DNA of 63,851 nucleotides, filler included, from Platydemus manokwari (lineage: Eukaryota): assembly GCA_037951405.1 (NCBI GenBank). It is 6 parts of 6 records of this genome, joined end to end, with 100 filler letters (N's around TTAATTAATTAA, not from the genome) between each part and the next. Parts side by side here need not be neighbours in the genome. Positions count along the whole stretch, not along the records: positions 11,710 to 21,851 come from JBBMOY011164213.1; positions 21,952 to 31,917 come from JBBMOY011183989.1; 4 more parts are not named here. The stretch is one strand, 5' to 3'. The notes below the pieces were generated by a model. That model saw only the letters and a program-made list of their open reading frames with translations. It was not told the DNA's origin and ran no database searches. Each line of letters starts with the position of its first letter. The stretch's first letter is position 1. A program made the position numbers and the translations under genes. Shown piece after piece: positions 11,737 through 25,470 of the stretch.

Positions 11737-13890
11737 GTGATTAATAGATTATTTATAATTGTTTGCCATTTTTATATTCAACATATTGAAAACCAGTCCG
11801 ATAGAATTATTGGAACGATTTTACACATTAATAGTTTATTAGTATCAAATAACATCATCACACCAGAACACAATAAGCAAAATTTGAATCAAAAAATCTA
11901 TAAAAATGCTGTCACTCTTCTTATGGATAATAACAGCAAACAGGGCTCCTTTGACCTAGTTGATAATCTTGCCAAGCACAGCACTACTGATTCAGGACTA
12001 ATAAAAACAGTTGAAATCATAAAAAGTAATCAGAAGAAGATGTTGCTTAATGAAATTGTTAATACTACCTTTCAACTCAACAATTTATATATCAATATAT
12101 ATATATATCAAGGTACAATAAATTTATCAACAGAAAAGAACGAATCGTTCCACTTACTAAAAATCGCGATTAGATAATCAGTAAGATCAGCCATGGATAA
12201 CACGGTGATGTCTACTTACAGATAAATGCTCCTCTAACAATCGACTCTCGAATTGAACAAGAAATTGACGAAATCCTTCTGATAATAGAATGAAATAAAA
12301 AAGTAGAAGAAGCTTTTTCAATCAATAGAAAGAGAGAGAAATGATAACAGCCATCAACCAGTGACTTCATTAAGGAACCTACGATCCCGCTGTCAAAATG
12401 CACCTAATATTCATAATCAATGAGGGGATGTGCCTGAACAGGTTCCGAACACCTACGTAGATCTTACTGGAGAAGACAGCACATTAAATCCTTTACCCAA
12501 TCAACATCATGAATTAAGATTTTGATCCCAAAATATGGTTTAGTGACTTGGATATTGCCCACACAATGAATGCTTTGCTGAAACCACCATCATATGACTT
12601 CATCCATCCATTATTGGTTGCAGAAATCGCGAATGGTTCAACCATAATGCGCAGTATCAATTTCAATCATCAAAACAAAAATCATATTTGCACCAATCAA
12701 AATTTCCCCAGTGTCACTGGGTTATGTTTGTTTTCAATCGCAAGAATAAAAGGAACTGTTGGTTAGACCGAATAAAGGTGTTTTCAGACTAGAAGAATCT
12801 ATGAGAAGATCCCAAAATATGCACCTATATCTAAACTTTGATCCATAAGCAGCCCACCGATTTATTCCAGCAAAGCAATGATCGTGGTTCGATTATATGG
12901 TACTATTCTCTTCAAATATCAAAAGGCCGAAGCATTCCAAACAATCAAATTCCAATACTAAATATCTGCAAACTGGCTCATTACCTTGCTAACGAAAGAT
13001 CAGATTCCGAATTGGAGAAAACTAAAAAAATTATTCGGTTATATGGAGGTGGTAGCAATTATAAGGAAACTAAGATCAATCAACTTAACCGATTTATTAA
13101 ATTTATGCTAGAAAAGTACGAAAGAATAAAAGAAGTAAAGAAAAGAGTCTATTAGGGAATATATTAAATGAGAACCGAGAATTTATCATGAAGAATATTA
13201 TTTCATCAACATTGACTACATTTGCAACATCATAGGGATTGAAGAGGTACCATACATCTTTATCTTTGTCAGATCAGACAAAACTAACTCTCTGTATAAC
13301 ATAAACACAGGATACAATAACATGGAGTTCTAAAAAATTCTGGGAATTTTAAATAAATATATGAGTTGCTTTTTCTTACAAAGCTCATGTTAAAGAAATC
13401 TTAAATTGGAATAATATAGAGGAAGATCAAATGGTCCTAGCTGCAAGAATTATTCAAATCTGCTATTGTTATCTAAACACATTGGATACAGAAATCATTC
13501 GATTCAGCCAAACAATATACCAAACATTTATTAATAACAATCAGAAACTTATCCGTAACTTCATAAACACCATCAATCGGAAAATGACATTCAAAGATAT
13601 CACTTACTTCTTCGATACTTTGGAGTTGGGAACAACAAAGATTATCATTGATCCAATCACAATAACTGCTCTGATAGACTATAACCACAACTATCTAATG
13701 CCTTATCCCGAAAATGACAAGCCAAAAAGTGCAAATACAATCTACTTCTTTATAAATACTTCAAACTATCACTTCTTTGACACATCAAACAATTTTCCAA
13801 ATGACGACCTATCAATTCAACCCAAAGATGTCGTACAGAAAGTTGTCAACCTTCTCTTCATTAAAGTTGAAAATATGGCTTTTTGAAACT
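11737..13890 (+). pseudogene. Decayed polyprotein with Ulp1/C48 cysteine-protease-like domains (probable NeSL-clade non-LTR retrotransposon 5' part)
   Basis: Across frameshifts: PKIWFSDLDIAHTM..FIHP.. / KIIFAPI / HWVMFVFNR..WLD / QQSNDRGSIIWYY (CGT where the catalytic TGT is expected). A similar unit follows at 13580-13790 (MTFKDITYFF..IIDP..IYFFINTSNYH). Confidence 0.6.
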
Positions 13891-15769
13891 GTCCATACCT
13901 CTCCAAAACCCGTAACATCAGGTGTATACACACGAGAAGCTTATAAAATGAGTTGGATTTCACTAGAAACTGCCAGTTTTTTGGGCCGGTGACCTTCATT
14001 ATGTTCAGTGATTTTTCTGATAACAAGTCTTAGTTGTTCTCTGTTCCGTATTCGACTCTCTTGAGTGATTAACTGTTGATGTTGTGGTGTGATTTTTAAT
14101 TGTAATAGCTAACAAATTGAATCTGTGATTCTTAATAAATCAAATTATAATTTTCAGCTTTTAATGGTAGTTATTAATCTATCATAACGATGACGATGTG
14201 TTTGCAAATCGTCTCAAAAGTAATCATATTAACATTATGTGAGGTTATATTGGCAAGTTGTAATTCAAAAAAAGCTACTGCACCATTATTAATCGACACC
14301 CAAGTAAAACAAACATACCTACAGACACGTACCATAACGATTTATTTATCCGTATATGAATTCATCATATAGTCACAAAATAATCTCAATCGAAATCATC
14401 ATCATAGCTTTAGTAACGCATTTATTAAAAATCAATTAATTTTTTTTAATTTCTCTTAACAAAAAATTGAAAAAAATAATGAAGAAATGTTTTATCAAAA
14501 ATTATTTGTATCGAAGTCGTCGATTAAATGACAAGATGTCAAAAACAAAGCAATAACTCTAATATGATCATACGATAATTTGAAAAAATTTATTTTACCA
14601 CAATCCATTAAATATTGAAATGATATTTTGGCGCCACCGATTGCCATCTCAGGGATAATAGTTATTGATTTTTCCATTCACTATGCGATAAGGAGAATAT
14701 TTATGATTTCATTATGAAAAGTTATGTTCTTAATTAGGCAGTCTCCTAAGCTCAATTGGAAATTATGAATCCAATGAAATAATCAAATTACGCGTTTTAT
14801 AATCGCATCATTTTATTTGTTGATGGATTACACCATATACGACTTTCCCCTTTCATTTTTATTGTCAGATAAATCATTTAGATATGATCTGACAATATAT
14901 TTTCATATTCGGAAATATGAAACCAATTGAGTGTGGTACACAGATACACGAGGATAAATATTTACAGAAAAATAATCACTTGACAACGTATTCTTAACTG
15001 AGACCAGAACAATAAACGATTACATCATACTGCGCTATAAAACGTCTGAAATAATTTTCTTTTTCCATTATTTTTAAATCTAGTTACACCCAACATTAAT
15101 TTTTTCAGATTTACAGTTTCCTACAACAATAATACGATTAAACAATCTTTTTTATATTATTGACCTAATTAGAAGGATAACATTTTTTTATAAGTGACCT
15201 AGGAACAGTTATCTTTACACTGTCTACATGACCTTCTATAGACATTTCTACAAAATGTAAGTTAAACACATTCACTGATGAATACGCTGACATAATCACA
15301 GAAATAATTACATGCTATGCTATGATTTTATTCATTTTTGTTTATTATTGACAGACTTTACTAGATATAAAAAATGTTAACGCCGCGAGTGTTTGAATTA
15401 ATGAGATGATTCGATATTCCGTTTACAGACTTAACAAATATTAAATGAATTTCTACGCATACTAGTTATGCACGAACTACTTTTTGGAATAACTAAGCAG
15501 AGCATGGAAACTATAAATTTACTCGTTATAAATATTATGCTCATAAAACAAGTCTGTTGTAACACGGTTTCATTGATTTCTCAAAAACCAAAACAACAAA
15601 AGCAATGAATATAATTTTATTGATTTTTTAAATGACAGTGCAATCGCTATCTTGTAAATTGTCTAACATCAAAAATAGTTTTTATATGTGCAGCAGGCAT
15701 TGATTGGTAAACATAAAATTTGGACTTTTAAAAAGTGAGCTCTGTTAGTTACCAAATTTCTTCGTTGTA

Positions 15770-15885
15770 AAAATTCAAACCAAAAGTCATATTTGCACAT
15801 AACAAAAACCTATTTTTCAATACATCAATTATCAAACAAAATTTAAAATATTAAATTTAAATTTATTTCCAACTGATTTGTCTTT
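15770..15885 (+). repeat. Dispersed repeat shared with 63735-63851
   Basis: attcaaaccaaaagtcat...caatacatcaatt...aaatttaaatttatttccaactgatttgtctt aligns by eye with the end of the window. Confidence 0.75.
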
Positions 15886-18800
15886 ATTTTTTTATTCCAA
15901 TAAAATGCCCACATTTTTATATTACGACTTTATTTTTTATTTAAAACATTTAAATCTTACTTTTAGTAATTTTAATAATTTTAAAATTGAGAGGTTAACA
16001 GCAATTTTTTAAAGCAAGATCATTTTATAAATATTAATATGATATATTTATTTCTAATATAATTTTTTAAAAATTTCTTTTAACTCAAATTTTTATAATT
16101 GTAATCTTATGTAAATCTTAATTATTTATCGTATTTTTAAATAAACCTCAAAGTCTTGATAGATATTTCAAGTCTTTTAAGAACCGTCACCTTATTTTTC
16201 CCTCATGGGCTGAGTCAATTTGTGATCTTGATTTTGTTTGTTGGTTATTTTGAGATAGTGTCTTATAATTTTCAGTGAGATATACATTTAAAAATTGCTC
16301 CACAGATCTTTTTGAATATATACTTTGATGTAATTGTAGAATTATTTTCTGTTTATGAAATAATATGCAATTTGATGTCCAGTTACTCTGATAATTACAG
16401 CAAGGCATGCTAAACACAATGAAAAAGCCTGAGGAAAATTCACATTTTCCTGGGTGTGCTGGATACATAGTTTGTAAAATACTGTTCATGGAAGTTAAAT
16501 TTAGCTTGCATTTCGTTTATTGTTAATTTTTCGAAAATTAATCATGAATCTCATGAGATAAGTAACAATAAAATAATTAATAAATAAAACAAGGGCAAGA
16601 AACAGTACACCTTCAATCAATCAAGCTACAATAATTTGAGAGTCAACCAAGATCATGAAGAAAGTATCAAGTACTCTAAAAAGGCAAAATAGATTATGAA
16701 ACATTTGATAATTTTCACTTCTATCTACTTTCAAAAACCCTTCATCATTTAATTCATTATGAAAAACCACAGCATAAAAAATAATCCACATGTTCAATGA
16801 ATCACATTCAAATAGCGGATTAATTTTGTTACGAAGCCGGATCAACTCAATCTTCAATAATATTGTCTCAACAGTCATCGATATATATATGCATATTGGG
16901 TTAGATAATTGAAACTTTGTGAAATAAATAAGATCTTAATATAATTATAAAAAAATATCATAATGGCACTATGATTCCTATAAACATGACACGATTAAAT
17001 GTTACATGGATTATAGAAATCTCAATGTTATTTTAAAGAAAATATATACCACAAAATATCGATGATAAAATAGGAAACTGTGAAATGTGTTTGATCTTTG
17101 ATCTGAGAATTTTCTTGAAATATTCTGTTGATCAGAGCTTCTTTATGTATATGAACCAAAGCGTAAGTTACATTGGTGATTATATTATTTCTGAAAGGAT
17201 ACTTGTGGAGAAATCCTGTACTAATTGTCGAAAATAAAGATTTTTCAGTACCAAAAAATCTGATGAAATTAAATAATTTCTCTGACTTCCTAATTATTTA
17301 AAATTATACAAAACATCTCATAAATTTAATAGATAAAAAATTTTCGTTGTTCGTTCTATTGTTATATTTACTTTTATAATTTGTTTAGTCAGTATTGGGA
17401 CTTCAGTATATAAAACATATTAATAAAACATTAATTATTTGTGGTTGTCTTCTATTTTGCCGTTTAATTTACGGGTGCTGATTCACACTTTGGGTTGGGT
17501 ATCCATTGTTGATCTATCGTGATTGCGTTTAGTAACAAATACGGGTAGTGTTATATTTCGGTCTCCCACAAGCCACATCAGTGTCTCAGACCAGAGACAT
17601 ATAGGACTAAAAAATTTAGAAAATAGATATCCGTTTATATGCTAATTTAGAGACCAACTCATAAAAAAATTCAAAACCCAGGAGTACTATGTTGTTCCTA
17701 AAATTCCACGCAGAATCTAACAGGATTTTAGAGCGCTGACAGGTAATAAATTTTGACACATTTTTGCTATCAAGATAAATCCTGTTGTAGTATGATAACT
17801 TGTAGAAATCCAATTCATAATGAATTACAGATTGAGCTACAAGTATTGTTATACGATCGTGGCTCAATCAAATAATTAATTAAAAATAATATTTATTTTA
17901 TAATTAATGATAATTAATTATAATTATTATATAAACTACAAATTATTAAATAGTATAAATAGTTGGAAAATATATAAAATTACAGAAAATTTTCTTTAAA
18001 TTCACTATATTGCAAGTATGTTGGTTATATTTTATTTTACATTATATTGTCATTTTTTAGGGTGCTTAAAAGGGAGAAGAATCAATGAGAAATCCACATA
18101 GTTTGAAACTACGGAAAATGTTTTGTTTTCTGAAAAAATACGAGCTATTTTTATTTTCAATTTTAGATTTATTAATATTTTAAAATCTGAGTTTGTCTAA
18201 AATTTATGAAATTAAAATGAAAGGTAAAAGATTTAATTTTTGAAATTCATTGCTAAATATTTTTCTGATTTGCCAATTATATCATAACGAAACCGATCTA
18301 GCGAAAATGAATTTTTGTCAAACAAAATAACTTTCTTGAAAATTATTTATTTTTCAATCATAAAAAGAAAACCACAAATTAAATTCATAAATTATCAAAT
18401 CATTTGACATTTATTGAATCTAAATTAAAAAATCACATTTCACTTATTTGGGATTAGTTGTCAGATTAATCTGTGGATTTCATGATTTTAAATCGGAATA
18501 AATTCATATTGTTTTGAGATAATAATTTTTTCTTCTTGTTTTCCCACCCATAATAAGAAACAAATAAATTGATCCGCCTGTCACATGGAAAATTTGGAAG
18601 TTGCAGGGACTGTTTTGTGTGTAGCAATCATTGTTCTTTTTTCAGTTGGGGTTCATAATATGGCTGTTATTTATCCAACCAAAAGCTTAAGTTAAAAATA
18701 GGATCTAAAAATAAAATTTTAAATTTGTTGAATGCATTGCAGAAATTTATATAGTTTATTTAATTATATTCTTTAAAAATATTTTGGATTTTTTATTTAA

Positions 18801-20508
18801 GTACTTATCAAGAATTTTAGTTGTTTGATGTAAAATATTAAATATACTGGAGCCTGGAAATCTAATAAAATTTGATTATTTTAAAACGGTTTCAAACTAG
18901 GTCGAATTGCAACTTATTGAAAGCTAGTAAGGACCACTTTTTTAACATTAGAAGTAAATTGAGAGATATTCTCAATTTTTAGGATTATTTTATAAAAATA
19001 ACCAATGATATTATTAAACATGTCTGTAAATAACGAACTCGATTTATAATTAAAAAAAAATTAAATTTAAAAAATCAGACAGAAGAGCTGTAGTTAGAAC
19101 AGGAATTTGGTTTACAATCTTAATTAGTTTCTGTTCGACATCATAAAAATGTGAGATATCAACATATAAATATATTTTTACAAAATAATTAAAAAAATCA
19201 AAAACAAAACTGTATGCATTTTATGTAAAAATTGGTAATTCCTTGATGTCTTCTCTTTTCTATTTCAATGTCGAAATATGAAAATGCTATAGGAAAGAAT
19301 TGTAAGATAAATATTAAAACTAAAGTATTACTTTACTTTTAAAACCTTGAATCGACATCAAATTGTGGTTGTATTTCTCTGATCGAATTTCTGTTTTTAT
19401 GGTTTTTAATCTAAAATTGAATTTTAAAACAAAAATGTCATTTCATAAATAAAGTTTGAAGTTACTTAAAACACGAAAAATCATTACATTAAAATTAATT
19501 ATAGCTGAATAATTTATTATAGAATGCAACTTTGAAAGGCGAAATGGTGCTTAACACCTTTACTGAGTCTATGTAAAGAGTGATTATTTGAATTCAACCA
19601 CCAGGACCAAATATTAATTATTGTAACTTGAAAATTTACTCTGGTTTGAAAGATCGACAAAACTCCAACTTTTGCATTTACAATGTGTCCTTATATCTGA
19701 CTGAGTTATTGTGATTTCGATTAAATAATTCAATTTAAAAATTCTTTTCCAACAATAACAAGATCTTTCGTACAAAACGATAACGCACTGAGATGTCAAG
19801 ATAATGCAAAATATAATTTTTCTTTGAAAAACAATTGAAAAGAAAGACCGACAGTAGAACATCAAAATTAAATGCAGTGAGTGTTTTCAATTCGAAATTA
19901 TGATATTAAAATTTTGATTAAGAAATTTATTTGTTTTGAAATATGATTTTAATTATGACGATGAGTATCTCAATCTTGAATTAACTCGGATGGATTGTTC
20001 GTTGAAGATTAATATGCAACCAATGGTGATACTGTACAACGGCATACTTTTATGTTATTTCGACATGATTTCGATTTGTCTGATGAACATAAACTTACTG
20101 GAGCAGCAATCATTATCATTCAATAAATAAATTCTTATGAAAAGAGATAGATATATTGAATAGAGAAGAATATTGAATATAAGAGCCTTTTATTTGAATT
20201 CTTGTTTTTATTATTTATTTAGACATATACACATACAATTACAACAGGTCTAAACCAATTTCCGTTGTCTTGGATGTTGCTGCTTCATTTAATACGGATT
20301 TAAAAACTAATTTAAGATATTCAAATCACAGAGTATATTTAATCCAAATATTTAAGCTAATGAAATCGATAATTTATAGTTTTTAATATCAATATATTTT
20401 CTATTTAAAACGATCATTTAAATATTGATTGAGTTTAAAATCATCTGTAGCAGCAAATAAACCATCTAATTAAAATCACATTTGTGATATCATCAAATGC
20501 ATGTGATA

Positions 20509-20510
<2 letters not shown>

Positions 20511-20546
<36 letters not shown>
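20511..20546 (+). repeat. (TAT)12 microsatellite
   Basis: Seen directly. Confidence 0.95.
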
Positions 20547-21851
20547 GAAAACTACATCACAAAGAACTTCAATTATAAAACATTCTTGAATTTACCGATC
20601 TACATCCTTGAGTTCCTTATATGGAATTATTATGCATTAAAATATAAATATATCAACATGTATGTGTATAAGAAAAATAATAATATAAACAATTGTCAAA
20701 AATAGTGTTGACAATTAATCGAAATCCAACTGTGCCATTCCACACAATTCATAAAAAAATAGCGTGCGAAAGATTAATAATTCTTGACATGCACCGTGAA
20801 ATAATTTCTTATCTGAAGTGTCAACGGTTGAATTGAAATCGTTTATGAGTTAACGGATGGCGCCAATTTGCTATGCTCTTCTTGTGCACATGAATCATAT
20901 TATCTTATCAATCAAAACACAAGTCTCACAATATTCCAATCGTTTCTTCTCTTCACATTTTATTCTCTCATGATATTGCAACTGTCGAAAATTGATATTT
21001 CTCATACTTCATATTTTCTGGACGGGTTTTGACTGGTCTCTTGAAACCATTGAATCGTTTGAAGACATTTTCACACAACCGATTTATATATACATCGAAA
21101 TACGCTTGTGAGCTTTCGTTGAATTTTTTATTATCTGTCAATATTATGAAAACACAATTATGAAAAACACCAAACGAGTTTTTACATTTTTTTCCCTAAT
21201 ATAGAATTACATTTCCTCGGTGAATTGAGTTTTAAAAAAGAGGTATCGTGTGTGACAAATTAATATAGATTTATCAATGTATTAAAATGTGAGATGATTG
21301 ATGTAAATATTTTGTTATAATTTTTCATTCGTTTTTTAATTGTTGTATTTGTTTTTTTTACTTTTAAAAAACGACAGAAGAAGTTGAAATAAAATCGATT
21401 ATGAGGCTATTTCTTAATGTTTTTATGGGATAAAAATTCCGTTTTTGATGAATCAAGAAACAGTAAGAGAAATGGGTTTATGGAATTGGATTTTGTTATC
21501 AATGATTGTTTACATTTAACCATAACAATGATCAAAGGTTAGAAATTGATCAGTAAGTATCAATTTGAAAGGAATATTAATAATAATTATTATTAAGTTC
21601 AATTCAACAGGTTGTCATTTACAATAATCAGTGAGGGCATCATAAAACTGGAATGAATTGATGTTATTTAATTAAAATTTTAAATCAGAAATTAATGTTT
21701 TGTTTAAATTATTATTATTATTAACGAAAAACTATTTAAAATTATATAATATGATAATATATTTGTTAATAATTAATAATAATAGTTTAGATAATAATAA
21801 TAAATTGATATTAAATATTTTTAAATGTTGATAATATTAATATTATTATCA

Positions 21852-21951
21852 NNNNNNNNNNNNNNNNNNNNNNNNNNNNNNNNNNNNNNNNNNNNTTAAT
21901 TAATTAANNNNNNNNNNNNNNNNNNNNNNNNNNNNNNNNNNNNNNNNNNNN
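21852..21951. other. Artificial contig spacer
   Basis: N44-TTAATTAATTAA-N44. Confidence 0.98.
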
Positions 21952-22094
21952 GCATCCACAAATTGCCCGAAAGATGGGGAAATGTTGTAACTTCCGATGG
22001 ACATTACTTTGGATAACAGAATTGTACACGATTTTCTTTAATAAACACTCAATTGTTCTAAAAAAATTCCGGTTTTTAAGTTATAGACCCAATA
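21952..22094 (+). mobile_element. 3' end of a mariner transposon (transposase C-terminus, right TIR, TA)
   Basis: 21954-22016 translates to IHKLPERWGNVVTSDGHYFG-stop, close to the Mos1-type GIHKLPERWEKCVASDGKYFE. It is followed by ccggtttttaagttatagacccaa-TA, a mariner-like TIR. Confidence 0.88.
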
Positions 22095-22164
22095 TTTACT
22101 TGAAAAACTACACTACTACTCCAATCAATTATTTAAACACTACGTGTTTCTTTATTTAATCACG

Positions 22165-22340
22165 TTGCTAGATAATTTCAAGATAAAGTGGATCGGAAGC
22201 TATTTCAGATCATAAAGAGTTATTTGAAGATTTTATTCGATAATTCCAAGATAAAATGAATTGGTATTTTATTTAAAATTTTCAAAGACTATCAAAATCT
22301 TTTATTAGAGAATTTCAAAGATAAAATAGATTGTTGTTAA
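22165..22340 (+). pseudogene. Tryptophan-repeat gene remnant (23-aa FIREFQDKVDW-type repeats), part of Polinton copy 1
   Basis: Reads R*FQDKVDR / ISDHKELFEDFIR*FQDKMNWYFI*NFQRLSKSFIREFQ-DKID, with a period of about 69 bp. Confidence 0.7.
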
Positions 22341-22379
22341 AAATAATTTGTCTTACGCAATTTTTAAATCCAAATAGCT

Positions 22380-23090
22380 TTTGTTAGGAAACGAAATAAA
22401 AAAATATTTAGTAATCATTTAAATATTCCTTCATCCTTTAGTGTGTTAATTGTTAGAAGTTTTAAAAATGTTATTAACCCCAGGATTTTTAGATTAAGAT
22501 AATTTAATAATATATTTAGAAATTGTTTATTAAGAAGAATATCAAATTTTATATCACGGATTTACAAATGGTTTATCAAAAGAAAGTATTATAAAAATAT
22601 TTGAAGATCAGGGTGGAATTCATAAAGATTTAACTACTAAAGAAATTTGTGAACTCTATGCCGAAATGTTTTCACCTCTAGAAAAGAGTAATATATCAAT
22701 AATCATGACTTTTAAATTTAATGAAATTATGAACCCATCGGATTTAAATAAAACTAAAATGAACTTAATAATTTTTGATGATTGCGTTACAGAGAAAAGC
22801 CAGGAAATAATGTCCGCTTATTATACAAGAGGAAGACATAATAGTTGTCATAGTGTTGACCTATCTCAAAGTTGTTTTGATTTACCTAAAAAGACAATAA
22901 TAAATAATTCAAATTTTATTATTTTATTTAAATTAAGTTAAAGTGATTAAGATTTAATGCATTGTGATTTTTTTTCCAAAACTATAGAAAAAGAAGAATT
23001 TATTTTTTTGTAAATAAGCAAAGGAATGAGAAATATAAATATATAGCTTTCGATAAAGATAAAGATATAATAATTGAAGATGTGTTTACA
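22380..23090 (+). pseudogene. Polinton/Maverick A32/FtsK-like packaging ATPase, decayed
   Basis: ORF 22666-22941 has Walker B LIIFDD, YYTRGRHN and LSQS.FDLPK..I.NNSNFIILFK. The Walker A region is degenerate (SFSVLIV...). Confidence 0.85.
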
Positions 23091-25395
23091 ATTTATGAAA
23101 ACCCCTGCTAAAGCAAATTGAAATAGTCACCGCGTTTGCGAATGTGTTTAGAATCTTTGAAGAAGAATACAAGACTTAAATTTATAAATTAAAAATGGGA
23201 AGTTTTGATATAAAAAATAATGAAATAATTAGAAAAATTCATTTCCTTGAAAAATATAATAAATACTGAAGCTGAAGAAATATCAAGAAAAACAACAATT
23301 AGCAATTGAAGCTGGAAATAAAAATTTAAAAGTTATTGACAATAAACAAGACATTGAATTAATGAAAAATATAATAGAAAATGACCCAAAACCCGGGTAT
23401 TTTGAACCAGAAATATTTAACCCAAATCATAAAGAATTAACCGCAAAATCAATTTTACTAACATTAGAAATTTAAAAAATTAATAACAAGGATTTTCAAA
23501 CTTTAAATATTTAGTCTGCAGCATTCTTGATTACAAAATCAGGTGATAAAAATTATTTAACATATACTAGAGATGAGACTAAATTTGAGATTACAGATAA
23601 TTTATTAAACATTATTTTGGGGAATAAAAATGCAAATGAAAGTGAAGAAGACATTCAAAGTTATTTTGGAATCTTGGAGAAAGCAAATGTAACAAAGATA
23701 TCTATTTATAAGAAGTTTTCATATATCAATTATGTAAAAGAAAAAACTTTATCAATTCAAAATAACCCTGATACATCAAGAATGATTAAAAATAAGCATA
23801 GCACATCAGGAACAGGATTATATAATAACCAGCAAAAATTGTCATCTTTGAATCCAATAGAATTATTTAAAAATTAAGGAAATTATTAGTTGCTAAACAA
23901 GGAGGACATAATAATGTTTTTAATTCAATAAATAGTATTTTAACAAATTTATATAAATTAGGATATATAGTATGTTAAATTTTAAATTATTAAATCAATC
24001 TAATTAAAGAATTGGTCAATTAAATTCATGGATTCCTGATAAAACTAATGAAGATCCAGATAAAGAAAATAAATAATTCAGAAGAAGAAAACCCTTTTAT
24101 AATTTAAAAACAAGTTCATAAGGTGATTTGCATTTAAACTCCTATTTGGAATTTTAGAGAGGTATAATGAGTCATTACTTAACATGAAGATTAAATTAAT
24201 CTTAAACAGAAATATAAATGATAAGAAAATATTTTATGGATAAAAAGGAGATGGACAATTAACCGTTAATTCATTAGAGTTTTGTATGCATGAATTAACT
24301 TTAACTTTAATTAATGAATATAAATGATTGTAAAGTATACAAACCGATAAACCAATTTATGTTCATTTTTAAATAGACTTTCAAATCAAATTAATTTTCC
24401 AGGGTCTTAAACTTTTTCATGGTCAGTAGCTTTATTAAACAATGGTTTCTAAGATCCTGAAATTGGCTTTACAAAAAATAATTAAAAATTCATTCAAAAT
24501 ATTGAGAATGATAAATATATGAGATCATTACAAGGTATAATAAATGGTAATAGCTACTACCCAATCAATAAAATTCAATTTGATATCACAACAAATAATC
24601 AGGATGCATGTTCAATGTTCAATATCAGATGGAAGTTATGTATCTAAAAAAGCATGAACGGAGAATATGATTCGATAAAATCGAATATTATTTATAGTTT
24701 TCCACCTATCAGTGTTCCTCTAAGGTATTTATGTATTAAATAAGTAAATCAAGTAATCTATTTTCGAATATGTTAGTGAAATCACCTTTAAAATAACAGA
24801 TCAAAATGAGTATTTAATAGACTTTAGTGAAAAAGAAATATCATTATGATTGCAACTCAAACAAGTTTAAGGTGAAATATTTTTCCCATCTTAAACAAGT
24901 ATTGATGGAAACTTGTTTGGTGATTAGTTAATAGTGAATCAACGATTTTTCAACCGATAATTTACTATGTAATTAAGTAAGATGCTATGAGTTAGAGATT
25001 GATGTTTCCACCAATGTCTGAAACTTCACAGATTAATAGGTTGCGTGTGAATGAGTTATATAAATATTAATAATAACAACAATAATATAATAACAAAATA
25101 CTTTATTATAATAAATATTATTAAATGTGTTATGCTGTAAGTTAGAAGGAGTAAGCTGTTGTGCCATGAAGATTTATCAGTAAATAACAACCACCGGAGG
25201 AAAATAAGTGGCGCCCCACTGCGACATATAAACTAAAGAAATAGGATTTTAGACTCAAACTCTGTTACGATTTTGTGAGGTTTAATGTTCACTGACAACA
25301 AATCTCTTTTCGAAGAATGATATCAGATATATGTGAGAACAGTTTAAATTTACCATATTGATTGAATCCAAGATATGTGAATTAATTGAATATCA

Positions 25396-25470
25396 GAAAT
25401 TAGCGTTGAAGCTGGAAATTGAGAATAGCGTTTGAGCTAAAAATTGAGAATAGCGCCTGAGCTGAAATTA
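25396..25470 (+). repeat. Three tandem 25-bp units (gagaatagcgtttgagctaaaaatt-like)
   Basis: Units start at 25396, 25421 and 25446. Confidence 0.85.

Larger units (their letters stand above)
22165..24610 (+). mobile_element. Polinton/Maverick (adintovirus-like) remnant, copy 1: Trp-repeat, ATPase, conserved gene X, putative major capsid (5'-deleted)
   Basis: Gene X (about 23195-23965) is homologous to 53550-54289. 23968-24170 is homologous to 54712-54912, then continues with capsid-like NMKIKLILNR..., LTVNSLEFCMHEL and FSWSV. Confidence 0.8.

Noticed and set aside
16187-17867. Several 80-100 aa minus-strand ORFs
   Set aside because: No recognisable motifs or consistent splice chain.
20484-20705. 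Poly-Tyr ORF
   Set aside because: Produced by the (TAT)12 microsatellite.
25396-25470. Tandem repeats as a CRISPR array
   Set aside because: No spacers, eukaryotic context and no cas genes.
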